DNA of 64,000 nucleotides, from contig JBGTHM010000005.1 in NCBI GenBank assembly GCA_041746255.1, positions 64,001 through 128,000 of the forward strand. Direction: 5' to 3'. A model generated the notes under the pieces. It saw nothing but the letters and a program-made list of their open reading frames with translations. It was not told where the DNA came from and searched no databases. The stretch is from Fibrobacteria bacterium (lineage in GTDB: Bacteria; Fibrobacterota; Fibrobacteria; UBA11236). The position numbers were made by a program, and so were the translations under genes. Below are positions 27,399 to 38,086 of this stretch, one piece after another. Numbering within the stretch: position 1 is the stretch's first letter; each line of letters begins with the position of its first letter.

Positions 27399-29398
27399 TC
27401 AGCGACGGATTTATGGTACTCCTGGGATCCCGCATAACGGGTGAACCCCCAACGCCGGATACCTGTTTCGACCTGGGGAATCGTAACCGTTTCACCCGCT
27501 TGCAATTGTTGCAGGTTTTTTCCGGGGTTGTGTTTTTGCAACAGCCAAAATGGAATTTGTTGTTCAAACGCCCACATCCACAAATTGAAACCGCGCCCGA
27601 TAATTTTCGGCTCCAGGCTCGAAACATGGTAGTTACCATAAAAATCCTCTTCCACCGCGCGATAGCGTTCCTCGCGTTTTGCAAGAAAGCCTTCTATCCG
27701 GGATTCATCCGTGATGGGTAGGCGAAATGAACGGTTCACGCGAAAGTCGCTGGAATTACGGATGCGGTTGACCCGTCTTAATTCCCGGGTGGGAACGCCC
27801 GACCATTCCGCGTAATGGGAAAGGGTTTCCTCTCCTCCCACTAAGATGATTAGAAAACCATTCTCGTAAGCGTGTTCCAATCGATACACGCCCGGCTCGA
27901 AACGATCCACCGGGTGGGCGAGTTTTTCCATATCGGAACTTAAGAGCAAGAAGTCCGCATCGACTCCTGATCCCTTGGAGAAAGTTTCCGATATATCGGA
28001 AACGGAAATCGCAACGGGCAACGGTTTTGGAATTCCGGCCGCTTCGCCTTCCAGGGTAACGCCGGCTGCGATAATATCCGATTCGGTTGATGGGTGACCG
28101 GCGGGCTTCATTACCGTTGTCGCCATCGGCAATTCCTTCCCCGGCTTACTTTCCTTTTTTCCGGTCACGGCTACGGTCACTGCTGCCGTTTTCTCAGGAA
28201 CGTTGTCGACATGATCCCGCAGCGCCGTTTCGATGCGAGGCGCCGCGGCTTGCTCCGTCTTGGCCAAAACCGTAGCCATCAGGCCTTCGTCCACATCCGC
28301 CAAAGCCACTTCCACCGGCAGGCGGAGGGAGTAACCCTTGGGAATGATACCACTGCGACGGAAGGTCGTAGGGCGCAGCGCCAGGTTGTACTCCTCCAAC
28401 TCCAACATCGATAAGCCCGTGATCCGGGATATCTCATCGGGAGAACTTGCTCTGCTCAGCACCGTCTCGTGGAATCGCAGCGGCTCCCATTTTTCCAGAC
28501 GCGGATATAGCGAGTCGGCCTGCATCGCGATGGACGAGGCGGCCAGAAATTCAGCGTAAAAGTTCTTGGAGGCAAATCCGAAAGTCTGCGAAGAATAATT
28601 GAGGATGATGGTCTCCAGATTGCGGGTGCCCGTCTGCCGTATCGCCCGCGACATGCCACCCGCTCCATGGTTGTAGGCCACCAAGGCCAATGGCCATGTC
28701 TGCAAGCGCCCAAAATTGGATTTGAGCAACTTTCCCGCAGCACGGGTAGAGCGATATGGATCGCGCCTTTCATCCACATGGTAGCCTATGGTCAGGTAGG
28801 GCTTTCCCGAGGCCTTCATGAATTGCCACATTCCCGCGGCGCCAACCTTGGAATAGGCATGCGGAAGAAAAGAGGATTCGACATGCGGAAGATACTTCAG
28901 CCGGGTAGGGATACCCTCGTGTCTGAAGGTGGAGTCGATCATGTCAAGATATCGGTATGACCGCTCAATTCCTTCGCGGAACCGGTGTTTGATTCCCCGT
29001 TGGAAGCGGATTTTTCCCGCCGCGTCAATCAGCGCTGCCGAATCCCAGTGTGAGGGTAGACGGGCGCGCAACGCATATTCCTCGGCACTAAGCGATCCGC
29101 TTTCCCCGCCGGCCAAGGCTTTTAGCTGTAACTCCAGCCGGCGCGTCTCGTTCGCGACGATTTCGCGGGCCGCCGGCGAGTTTTGTTTGTCCGCCGCGAT
29201 GCGGGCATAGACGATACCAAGATCGTCACGGTGGTGTAATAATCCTTCGTCGTCACCTACGTGATAATAAATATCGAACCAGAAGCTCGCTTGCGTATGA
29301 ATGTGGGAGCCGGCGGTGAAAATATCGTCCGTAAGGATAGGCCGGGAAGCGGAAACCTGGGATGCCAAAAATCCGAAAATGACCAACGCAACTTTCAC
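27374..29398 (-). CDS. MltD-like lytic transglycosylase with LysM-like C-terminal region
   Basis: LPHVESSF, GAAGMWQFM, ALVAYNHG SLT motifs; LysM-like segments. Confidence 0.85.
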   Translation of the reverse strand: MKVALVIFGFLASQVSASRPILTDDIFTAGSHIHTQASFWFDIYYHVGDDEGLLHHRDDLGIVYARIAADKQNSPAAREIVANETRRLELQLKALAGGESGSLSAEEYALRARLPSHWDSAALIDAAGKIRFQRGIKHRFREGIERSYRYLDMIDSTFRHEGIPTRLKYLPHVESSFLPHAYSKVGAAGMWQFMKASGKPYLTIGYHVDERRDPYRSTRAAGKLLKSNFGRLQTWPLALVAYNHGAGGMSRAIRQTGTRNLETIILNYSSQTFGFASKNFYAEFLAASSIAMQADSLYPRLEKWEPLRFHETVLSRASSPDEISRITGLSMLELEEYNLALRPTTFRRSGIIPKGYSLRLPVEVALADVDEGLMATVLAKTEQAAAPRIETALRDHVDNVPEKTAAVTVAVTGKKESKPGKELPMATTVMKPAGHPSTESDIIAAGVTLEGEAAGIPKPLPVAISVSDISETFSKGSGVDADFLLLSSDMEKLAHPVDRFEPGVYRLEHAYENGFLIILVGGEETLSHYAEWSGVPTRELRRVNRIRNSSDFRVNRSFRLPITDESRIEGFLAKREERYRAVEEDFYGNYHVSSLEPKIIGRGFNLWMWAFEQQIPFWLLQKHNPGKNLQQLQAGETVTIPQVETGIRRWGFTRYAGSQEYHKSVAEWISRPTL

Positions 29399-29486
29399 AT
29401 GGGCCTCCGGTAAGGATTTCGGATCGCAAGGGAGATTGCTCTAAAATAATCCATTGTCTGTGGCGCCGCAAAATTGCAGCGCCACA

Positions 29487-30719
29487 TCAATCATCGGTAT
29501 CGTCCGGATCGGAGTCGCCATCATCGGTGGGTTTGGGTCCTGCCGGCTTGGCGCCACCTTCTTCCCCCTTGCTCATCAAGGAAGGATGAAAATCGATTTT
29601 TCGAGCTTCCTTGGTTTCTCCCAAGTGGAGAATTTCGGCGCAATCGTCGCAATAACCCAATTCCTTATCGATAGTGAATCGAACCGATACGACATTGATG
29701 CCGCATTTCGTGCACATCTGGGGCCTGAGCAGGTTTCTTTTGAAAATATGCTGATGTTCAAGCTCTTTTTCGATCCGCTCCACCAACTCCTCGGGACTTT
29801 CGTCGGCAGAATTGCCCCGACGACGATTTTGCACGTCAAGGGGTAGATGCGAAGCGGCCACTTTGTTGCCACGACGGACAATGCGCTCGTCTTCTTGGGA
29901 GATCTCCCGGAAGAAAGTCTTCACCGGCTTTTTCGCTACCTTGGGTGCAGGTTCGGCCACTTCACCCTTGGGTTTAGCATCCGCCTTTCCTTTGGGGGCC
30001 GCTTTTTCGGCCTTTTTCGAATCCTTCCCGGGCATAGTGGCATGGCCATTCAGTTTCTTGTCGGAAGGCGCGGTGGCGATTTCCGTTTTGCCCACGACCT
30101 TCGCCGTCGGTAGGGAAGATTTCTTACCATTGGTTACGCTTGGGGTCGCTTTCGCTACCACGGCTTTAGCGACCGAAGTTTTGGCAATCGCAACCTTGGC
30201 CGCTACCTTGGCTTTAGCCGGAGCGACTTTGAGGGCTATCGGGACGTTTTTTTTCCCGTTAGCCTTAGGCAATGCGGCCTTGACAACTTTGACCTTACCC
30301 AAGGTTGTTTTTACCGGCGCTCCCTTACCTTTTCCGTTTTCCGTGGAGGAAATGGTTTTTTTACGGGATGTCGCGACGGCCTTCAATGGTTTGGCGGCCG
30401 ATTTACCGGCCTTGGTCGCTTGTTTTACATTCTTTGCCGCAGCCTTGGATTTAATTGGAGCTTTGGTTTTTTCTTTTCCCTTGAGAGGAAGTTTTTCCTG
30501 TTTTTTCAATGGCTGCTTTTTCGGGGTGATTTTCTGGTTTTTGTTCTTGGTGGCCGTTTTGGATTTGGAAGTTGCTTTGACGGCAACTTTTCCGGCCAAT
30601 TTAACGGTTTTCTTTTTTACCGGTGATGATTTTCCAGCTACATTCCCGGCGCGGGCTTGTGGCTTCTTGGCCGGTTTTTTCGGTACTGCTTTTTTGGTTT
30701 TCTTTTTCGACAGGGCCAC
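29487..30719 (-). CDS. Histone-H1-like Lys/Ala-rich protein with C-terminal Cys4 finger
   Basis: GTG start with AAGGAGG SD; ~265 aa K/A/P/V-rich; CTKC...CDDC; acidic tail. Confidence 0.75.
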   Translation of the reverse strand: MALSKKKTKKAVPKKPAKKPQARAGNVAGKSSPVKKKTVKLAGKVAVKATSKSKTATKNKNQKITPKKQPLKKQEKLPLKGKEKTKAPIKSKAAAKNVKQATKAGKSAAKPLKAVATSRKKTISSTENGKGKGAPVKTTLGKVKVVKAALPKANGKKNVPIALKVAPAKAKVAAKVAIAKTSVAKAVVAKATPSVTNGKKSSLPTAKVVGKTEIATAPSDKKLNGHATMPGKDSKKAEKAAPKGKADAKPKGEVAEPAPKVAKKPVKTFFREISQEDERIVRRGNKVAASHLPLDVQNRRRGNSADESPEELVERIEKELEHQHIFKRNLLRPQMCTKCGINVVSVRFTIDKELGYCDDCAEILHLGETKEARKIDFHPSLMSKGEEGGAKPAGPKPTDDGDSDPDDTDD

Positions 30720-30781
30720 GCCGTCCCTCCTTTCAAACGGAATTCAGGAAAAAGCTTATTCCGCCCACCTGAAGCCGTGCA

Positions 30782-31330
30782 CTATTTCACTTCTGTGATT
30801 TTCACGGATAAAATGGGATCGCCTCTTTCCAGCCGACTCAGCACGTCGAATCCGGAAACTATTTTGCCGAAAATCGTATGGTTGCCGTCGAGATGCGGCT
30901 GGGTCATATGCGTGATGAAAAACTGCGAACCACCGGTATTCATGCCTGCATTGGCCATGGAAAGCACCCCGGCCACATGTTTCAATTCGTTAGACTCATT
31001 TTCAATCGTCCATCCGGGGCCGCCGGTTCCATCGCCTTTAGGGTCACCACCCTGGGTCATAAAGCCCTGGATGATACGGTGGAAAGACAGGTTGTTATAA
31101 AATCCCGAGTCCGCCAAGTGAGCGAAATTCGCCACGGTATTGGGTGCTTCCTTGAAGAACAGCTCCAGCTTCATCGTCCCTTCGTGGGTCTTGATTTCCG
31201 CGAACATTTGCTTGAGGCCCTGGTAATCCCGGTTAAACTCCCGGCCTTCACTTTCGTAGGCGGAGCCTAGGGTGACTACAAAGAGAGGTAGAGTTATCGC
31301 AAGGAGCGAAATACGATTCAATAAGTGCAT
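30782..31330 (-). CDS. Cyclophilin-type peptidyl-prolyl isomerase
   Basis: [47 protein letters not shown]. Confidence 0.95.
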   Translation of the reverse strand: MHLLNRISLLAITLPLFVVTLGSAYESEGREFNRDYQGLKQMFAEIKTHEGTMKLELFFKEAPNTVANFAHLADSGFYNNLSFHRIIQGFMTQGGDPKGDGTGGPGWTIENESNELKHVAGVLSMANAGMNTGGSQFFITHMTQPHLDGNHTIFGKIVSGFDVLSRLERGDPILSVKITEVK

Positions 31331-31524
31331 AGTACCTAGCCTTGCTGAAAGATGAAGTGACCCGACGCTCGCGACGTCCCGGAACCATTTGGAAACGGAA
31401 AAATAACAAATTTAGTAAATTAGGCGAATCGGGGTCCCGCAGATCGAGGAAAACGACCCTTTTACGCCCAACCCTCAATTTCATACCTTTGGGGGCATTT
31501 TCCGCCTCCCCAACATCGAGTCAT

Positions 31525-33330
31525 ATGCGACCTCAAGCTGAAAAAATCCGCAATTTTTGCATTATCGCCCATATCGACCATGGCAAATCCACTTTGGCCG
31601 ACCGCATGCTGGAGCTGACCGGCACTATCATCCGCCAGAAAATGCAGGCACAGGTTTTGGACGATATGGATTTGGAGCGGGAGCGAGGTATTACCATCAA
31701 GTCCCATGCCATTCGCATGGAATTCAATTATTTGGACGAAAAATATTTCCTCAACCTCATCGACACCCCCGGGCATGTCGATTTTACTTATGAAGTGTCG
31801 CGTTCCCTCACCGCGTGCGAAGGGGCGATACTGGTGGTTGACGCCACCCAGGGAATAGAAGCCCAAACCCTCAGCAACCTATATCTGGCGTTGGGAAACG
31901 ATCTCGTCGTCATCCCCGTTATCAATAAAATCGATTTGCCCTCAGCCCATCCGGACGACATCGCCGAGGAATTGGGGGAAATGCTGGGCATCGACCCTAA
32001 ACGGATTCCGCGTATATCCGCCAAAGAAGGAATCGGCATCGATGAGGTGCTTAACCGCGTGGTCGAAGATATCCCCCCGCCCAAAGGGGATCGCTCGGCT
32101 CCGGCTCGGGCGCTTATTTTCGACTCCAAGTTCGACAGTTACCGGGGAGCCATAGCCCTCATCCGGGTATTTGACGGAGTGTTGGAAAAAAAAGCCCCTA
32201 TCCACCTGATGGCCACCGATAAGGACCACGAAATCGCCGAAATCGGAACCCTCTCGATGGAAAGAGAACCGACGGATTCGCTGGCGGCGGGAGAGGTGGG
32301 CTACCTCATCGCGAACATCAAAAACGTGCGCGACACGAAAATCGGCGACACCATCATAGACAAGCGCCGCCCGGCCACCGAAGCCTTGCAAGGCTATAAA
32401 GAAATTCAACCCATGGTGTTCTCGGGAATTTACCCCGTCAACACCGAGGATTTCGAGAATTTGCGCGAGGCCTTGGAACGGTTGGCCTTGAACGATTCGG
32501 CTCTGAGCTGGCAACCGGAAACTTCACAGGCGCTGGGCTTCGGCTATCGCGTGGGGTTTTTGGGACTGCTGCACATGGAGGTGGTGAGGGAGCGTCTCGA
32601 TCGCGAATTCGACATGAACGTAATCTCCACCGTTCCCAACGTGGAATACCACGTGCAGTTGGGAAACGGAAAAGAGATAGCCATCGAAAATCCGAGTAAA
32701 CTTCCCGATGCGGGCGCTTACGAATATATCGAAGAGCCTTTCGTCAAAGCCCAAATCATAACCCCCAAAGACTTCGTGGGCGGCATCATGAAGCTTTCGG
32801 AGGAAAAACGGGGGCTGTTCTCGAACATGGAATACGTCACCGCCGAAAAGGTGACCCTTCATTATGAATACCCCTTAGGCGAAGTGATGTTCGATTTTTT
32901 CGATAAGCTGAAATCAGTCTCCAAGGGGTACGCCTCCTTCGACTACGAGCCCCTGGCCTATAGACGCTCCAATCTCGTGAAACTCGATATTTTACTCAAC
33001 GGGGATCCCGTTGATGCCTTTTCGGTCATCATCCACCGCGATAAGGCGTTCAATTGGGGTAATGCCCTCTGCAACAAACTGAAGGAACTCATCCCCCAAC
33101 AAATGTTCGAAGTGGCCATCCAGGCGGCCATTGGCGGCCGCATCATCGCACGCTCCACCGTCAAAGCCCTCCGCAAAAACGTAACCGCCAAATGTTATGG
33201 CGGTGATATTTCGCGCAAGCGTAAACTGTTGGAGAAGCAGAAAGAGGGTAAAAAGCGTATGAAGGCGGTGGGTAACGTCGAAATTCCGCAAGAAGCTTTC
33301 ATGGCCGTTCTCAGCATGGATAAAGAGTGA
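31525..33330 (+). CDS. lepA: Elongation factor 4
   Basis: [47 protein letters not shown]. Confidence 0.98.
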   Translation: MRPQAEKIRNFCIIAHIDHGKSTLADRMLELTGTIIRQKMQAQVLDDMDLERERGITIKSHAIRMEFNYLDEKYFLNLIDTPGHVDFTYEVSRSLTACEGAILVVDATQGIEAQTLSNLYLALGNDLVVIPVINKIDLPSAHPDDIAEELGEMLGIDPKRIPRISAKEGIGIDEVLNRVVEDIPPPKGDRSAPARALIFDSKFDSYRGAIALIRVFDGVLEKKAPIHLMATDKDHEIAEIGTLSMEREPTDSLAAGEVGYLIANIKNVRDTKIGDTIIDKRRPATEALQGYKEIQPMVFSGIYPVNTEDFENLREALERLALNDSALSWQPETSQALGFGYRVGFLGLLHMEVVRERLDREFDMNVISTVPNVEYHVQLGNGKEIAIENPSKLPDAGAYEYIEEPFVKAQIITPKDFVGGIMKLSEEKRGLFSNMEYVTAEKVTLHYEYPLGEVMFDFFDKLKSVSKGYASFDYEPLAYRRSNLVKLDILLNGDPVDAFSVIIHRDKAFNWGNALCNKLKELIPQQMFEVAIQAAIGGRIIARSTVKALRKNVTAKCYGGDISRKRKLLEKQKEGKKRMKAVGNVEIPQEAFMAVLSMDKE

Positions 33331-33365
33331 TTCTCAAACCTTTTCAGAAGGGCCATCGGCAGTAG

Positions 33366-34997
33366 ATGGAATCCAAAGACGAAAAAGAGGGCATGTCCAG
33401 TGATGGCGAAGTAATGCGCCCGCTCCCCCCCGGCGAAGCTTTGGCGCGCAATCAACTCGACATCATCCTGCGCAACGTGGGTGATGCCATAACGGCGCAA
33501 GCTCCCGATGGAAGCCTGGTTTTCGCCAACGAAGCCGCGGCTCGCATGCTCGGCTATTCCTCTCCCGAAGCCTTGATGGCCGTCCCCATCGCCGAAGTCA
33601 CCGCGAAATTCGAAATGCTCACCGAAACGGGCGACCCTATGCCCATCGAATCCCTGCCCGGTAGAAAAGCTTTGCGGGGAGGCCGCTCCGACGGCACCGT
33701 CATGCGCTCCCGGAATCGGGATACCGGCGCGGAATTCTGGAGCATCGTCAAAGCCTTCCCCGTTTTCGACGAGGAAGGCAAGGTGATCATGGCCATCACC
33801 GTGGTACACGACATCACGGCCCTGCGCCAAAAAGAGGAGCAAGTGAGGCAAATCCAAAAAATGGATGCCCTGGGGCGACTCGCAGGGGGCGTGGCTCATG
33901 ACTTCAACAACCTTTTAACCGCCATCAACGGTTATAGCGATCTCGCCATGTACCATCTCCGGGAGGGACAGGACGATCTTTCCCGGAATATCCAGGAAAT
34001 TCAGCGCGCGGGAAGACGCGCGGCGGCGTTGACATCCCAATTGCTCTCGCTGGGGCGCAGGCAGGAGTATTTTCCGGAGCGAGTGGATTTGAACCGTCTC
34101 ATCCGGGAAATGGCGCCGATGTTGGCGGGATTGGCGGGCGAAATCATCGATGTGATATATGAATTCGGAGAACCTCCACCTTACATTGAAGCCGATGCGG
34201 GTCTGATGGAACAGGTCCTACTCAACCTGGCGCTCAATGCGCGCGACGCTATGCCCGAAGGCGGCACCCTCACCATAAAAACCGCCGAGGTTCCGGTATC
34301 GAAGGAACTCGGAGAGCCGTTGGGCCTGACGCCGGGCAGCTATGTCATGCTGCTGGTGACGGATACAGGGGTCGGAATGTCTCCCGAGGTGAAAACTCGG
34401 GCCTTCGAACCCTTTTTTTCCTCCAAGGGAGCGGGCAAGGGCATGGGGCTCGGATTGGCCACCACGTATGGAATTGTCCAACAGACGGGGGGCTGCATCC
34501 ATGTCGAAAGCGAACCGGGCAAAGGAGCCGCCTTTAAGATGTTCTTCTTTTCGGCGCCCCCGGCGGCGCTTGCTACCATCAGCGCCAGGAACAACGCGCA
34601 TTTGGTGGAAAACCGGAAATCCGTTTTCATCGTCGAAGACGACGATGCTGTCCGCTTGCTCATCGAGGGTGTATTAACCCAGCAAGGCTTCGTATGCCGC
34701 AGCGCATCCGATGGGGAAGAATCCCTGGCAATGCTGGAAGACGCTTCCCAAGCGACGCACCTGCTGATTACCGACCTGGTATTACGGGGGCTGGATGGAA
34801 AAACTCTAGCCGACCGTGTCGCAACCATCCGGCCCGGCCTCAAAGTCCTTTTCATTTCCGGCTATGCGGATGAAACCCTATCGCGCCTGGGAATTTCAGG
34901 GAACGATGTCAATTTTCTCCACAAACCATTTACCACCGACCAATTGCAACGCAAGGTGCGGGCCCTACTGAGCGTGCTTCCGCCGAACTCGCGGTAA
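33366..34997 (+). CDS. PAS hybrid histidine kinase-receiver (CckA-like)
   Basis: PAS; GGVAHDFNNLL; NARDAM; DTGVGM; FEPFF; GLGL; REC with LLITD. Confidence 0.9.
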   Translation: MESKDEKEGMSSDGEVMRPLPPGEALARNQLDIILRNVGDAITAQAPDGSLVFANEAAARMLGYSSPEALMAVPIAEVTAKFEMLTETGDPMPIESLPGRKALRGGRSDGTVMRSRNRDTGAEFWSIVKAFPVFDEEGKVIMAITVVHDITALRQKEEQVRQIQKMDALGRLAGGVAHDFNNLLTAINGYSDLAMYHLREGQDDLSRNIQEIQRAGRRAAALTSQLLSLGRRQEYFPERVDLNRLIREMAPMLAGLAGEIIDVIYEFGEPPPYIEADAGLMEQVLLNLALNARDAMPEGGTLTIKTAEVPVSKELGEPLGLTPGSYVMLLVTDTGVGMSPEVKTRAFEPFFSSKGAGKGMGLGLATTYGIVQQTGGCIHVESEPGKGAAFKMFFFSAPPAALATISARNNAHLVENRKSVFIVEDDDAVRLLIEGVLTQQGFVCRSASDGEESLAMLEDASQATHLLITDLVLRGLDGKTLADRVATIRPGLKVLFISGYADETLSRLGISGNDVNFLHKPFTTDQLQRKVRALLSVLPPNSR

Positions 34998-35135
34998 AAT
35001 ACCCCTTTCAAGGGTGTTCGATACTCACAAATGGCATATCCGCCGTAAAAATAAATTAGTTTTATCCCGAAAGCCGTTTCTTCCTATTCGCCCAGTCTCA
35101 CTGGCGAGAGGGAATTTTTACACCATCGGGACGGA

Positions 35136-37685
35136 ATGCACATGCCGAATACGCCGGAGTCCGCTTTTACCGACTTACCGATGCAGCTGGATCTAGGGCG
35201 TGATCAGGAATTGCACGAAGCCATAATCCCATTAAAGATTTTGGAAACCCTGCTTCCACTGGGATTATGGGCATGCGACCCTGAGGGGCGCATAGCCTAC
35301 CTCAGCCCTGCCCTGCATTCGCTTGTGAATTTCACTCCGCTCGAGAATCTCGGATTCGAGGATTTGGAAGACCCCGAACCGGGTTCATCATACACCGCTC
35401 CGCAGGCCTGGTTGGCGGCCTTGAAAGAAGGACGGTGCGAAGATTACACCTTCACTCTTCGCGATTCCAAGGGAGGGAGGCGTTCGATACTAAGGAGGGG
35501 GATTCCCGTTTTCGCGTCGGATTCCGCCTTAAAAGGCTGGTTCGGCTTTCACCTGGACCATCCCAACCTCCCACTCACTATTGAAAATCGGGATGATGTG
35601 GAAGATGCTTCCGAAGCGGACGATTCCGTCATCCCGGATTCCAAAAGCCTCAAGGGCATAGCACAAGAGCTTAAAATCACGGACGAAACGCTTGCGCTTA
35701 TTTTCAACAGCGTTTCCGATCTGATAATCCTGCTTACCGTTGAGGATGAAGGCGAGGACGCCGACTACCGCTTTCTCAAGTTCAACCAACCGCTCATTCA
35801 ATTCGGTTATCCTGTAAAAGAAGAGGTGATAGGCAAAAGCCTGAGCGAGGTGGTATCCGAACCCTATCTCAGTTTTTTCCGGGCCAAATGCGGTGAGGTG
35901 CGTAAAAAAAAGGAGGCGATGGCTTTCGAATACCAGACCAACAAGGACGGCGGTGTACGCACGGTGGAGGCGAAGTATACGCCCCTCATCGACAGCTCCG
36001 GTCGCTGCACCCACATACTCGTCGTATCGCGTGATATCCAGGAACGGAAACAAAACGAAGCGAAAATCCGCATTCTCAATGAGGAGTTGGGACGCAGAGT
36101 GCGCGAATTGCAAACGATATTCGATACGGCTCCCGTAGGTTTGATTCTCATCAAAGAACCGGATAGCCGCTTCGTGAAACTCAATCCCGTCATGGCCCGG
36201 ATGCTGGAGCTCGACGACGACGAATTTTTCGAGGCCTACTCAGCGACCGCCTCGGGACCGCTGGGATCCTATCGGATTTGGCGCGGAGACGTAGAATTGC
36301 GACCCGAGGAAACTCCGATGGGACGCTGCCTCGCGACCGGCCTTCCGGTACGCGAGGAGGAATTGGAAATCCGCTTCCCGCATGGCCGAAATCGCTTTCT
36401 GGTCGGTAGCGCGGCGCCGGTTTTCGACGATAAAGGAAAAGTACGTGGCGCCATCGGCGCATTTGTGGATATTTCCGAGAAAAAGAAGCAGGAGGAATCG
36501 CTTAAGAAAAACGAAGCCAAATTGTTGCAATCCCGGAAGATGGAGGCCATTGGCCAACTGGCGGGTGGCGTCGCGCACGACTTCAACAATCTGTTGACCG
36601 CCATCAACGGTTACGCCGATTTACTCCTCCATGAATCCCCATTGGATGACAATCGGAAAACTTACGTGACGGAAATCAAAAAATCGGGAGAGCGGGCCGC
36701 GGCTCTGACCCACCAATTGCTTGCCTACAGCCGCCAGCAAATCCTGTCTCCCCGGAAAATGGATCTCAACGCGGTGGTGGTTGACATGGTCAACTTGCTG
36801 AGCCGTCTCATCGGCAAAGAAATCGATTTGGTAACGCTGACACCGGAGAGACCGACCTTCGTCAACGCAGACCCCGGGCAAATCGAACAGGTGGTACTGA
36901 ACCTGGCCGTCAACGCGCGCGATGCCATGCCCGAGGGTGGGGAACTCCTGATAAAAGTTTCCTGCGAAACCCGCGTCATACCGGATAAGCCGCCGAGTGA
37001 AGACGCCTTTCAACATTACGGTGTACTATGGGTTTCCGACACGGGCCATGGGATGGACGAATCCGTGAAGGATCGCCTTTTCGAACCATTTTTCACTACC
37101 AAGGAATTGGGCAAGGGAACCGGATTGGGGCTTTCGGTGGTGGAAGGCATCGTAAAGCAAAGCGGAGGCTTTATTGAATTACAAAGCGAGCCCGGTCAAG
37201 GGACGCTTTTCAAGGTCTATTTGCCTGCCCTGGAGGCCAAAAGCGAAAAAAAGACCCGCTCAGAGGGCGAAAGAATCACCGAGAGGCTGCCGATAACCGG
37301 GCAAGGCACCCTGCTTTTGGTGGAAGACGAGGACATGGTCCGGAAATTCGTGGCCAATGTCCTTACGGTCGGAGGCTACCAGGTGCTTACCGCCGCCAAC
37401 GGCGCTGAAGCCCTCCTTGTCAGTGAACGGCACCCGGGACCCATAGACGTACTGATAAGCGACGTTGTCATGCCCCAGATGAACGGCCCTAAACTCGCCG
37501 AACGACTGGCCGAGCATCGGGCGGGGTTACGTATTCTCTTCATGTCCGGTTATACCGATGATTCCATCGTGAAGCACGGCTTCCTCCAGGCCGGTTGCCA
37601 TTTCCTGCAAAAGCCTTTTGCACCCAAGGTGATCCTTAGGAAGCTGCAAGAGATTTTCAATTCCGAAACCGTTTCCTCCCAATAA
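35136..37685 (+). CDS. Multi-PAS hybrid histidine kinase-receiver (CckA-like)
   Basis: About three PAS-like domains; GGVAHDFNNLL; NARDAM; FEPFFTTK; REC with LISDVVMP. Confidence 0.9.
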   Translation: MHMPNTPESAFTDLPMQLDLGRDQELHEAIIPLKILETLLPLGLWACDPEGRIAYLSPALHSLVNFTPLENLGFEDLEDPEPGSSYTAPQAWLAALKEGRCEDYTFTLRDSKGGRRSILRRGIPVFASDSALKGWFGFHLDHPNLPLTIENRDDVEDASEADDSVIPDSKSLKGIAQELKITDETLALIFNSVSDLIILLTVEDEGEDADYRFLKFNQPLIQFGYPVKEEVIGKSLSEVVSEPYLSFFRAKCGEVRKKKEAMAFEYQTNKDGGVRTVEAKYTPLIDSSGRCTHILVVSRDIQERKQNEAKIRILNEELGRRVRELQTIFDTAPVGLILIKEPDSRFVKLNPVMARMLELDDDEFFEAYSATASGPLGSYRIWRGDVELRPEETPMGRCLATGLPVREEELEIRFPHGRNRFLVGSAAPVFDDKGKVRGAIGAFVDISEKKKQEESLKKNEAKLLQSRKMEAIGQLAGGVAHDFNNLLTAINGYADLLLHESPLDDNRKTYVTEIKKSGERAAALTHQLLAYSRQQILSPRKMDLNAVVVDMVNLLSRLIGKEIDLVTLTPERPTFVNADPGQIEQVVLNLAVNARDAMPEGGELLIKVSCETRVIPDKPPSEDAFQHYGVLWVSDTGHGMDESVKDRLFEPFFTTKELGKGTGLGLSVVEGIVKQSGGFIELQSEPGQGTLFKVYLPALEAKSEKKTRSEGERITERLPITGQGTLLLVEDEDMVRKFVANVLTVGGYQVLTAANGAEALLVSERHPGPIDVLISDVVMPQMNGPKLAERLAEHRAGLRILFMSGYTDDSIVKHGFLQAGCHFLQKPFAPKVILRKLQEIFNSETVSSQ

Positions 37686-37809
37686 GCCCCGCGCCGGACG
37701 TAGCGTGCCCGAGGTGGGCCTGTCCTTTCATTCGCGAAAAACCTTGCATCGAAACCCCAAAACGTACTGATTAGGGATATGGTCTCATACAATCGGAAGG
37801 GGTGAATTT

Positions 37810-37974
37810 ATGTTAGGTGCAGCATTGTTGTTTTTGATTGTGGCTATTGCAGCCGCCGTGTTGGGATTCGGCGGTATCGCGGGCACCGCCTCGTGGATAG
37901 CCCAAATCCTTTTTGTGGTTTTCTTGATCCTGGCCGTTATCAGCTTCTTTACCGGAAGGCGACCTACGGTCTGA
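37810..37974 (+). CDS. DUF1328/UPF0391 (YtjA-like) small membrane protein, 54 aa
   Basis: Manual translation: [54 protein letters not shown]; too short for the ORF track. Confidence 0.9.
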   Translation: MLGAALLFLIVAIAAAVLGFGGIAGTASWIAQILFVVFLILAVISFFTGRRPTV

Positions 37975-38086
37975 CGCGAATTGGCGGTGCAAACGGGTTC
38001 TAGCGGGTAGCGTAGCGGCGATTCCCGCCCTACCGACTCCCGCGAGCCAAAATGCGTGGTAAAGATTAATTTTATCGGGGACCAAT

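Noticed and set aside
29812..30798. 328-aa hydrophobic plus-strand ORF resembling a membrane protein
   Set aside because: Mirror of the Lys/Ala-rich gene (AAA/AAG read as TTT/CTT); the SD supports the minus strand.
37975..38086. trp attenuator or T-box before trpB
   Set aside because: Some GC pairing potential, but no Trp-codon leader peptide, U-tract terminator or T-box motif recognised.
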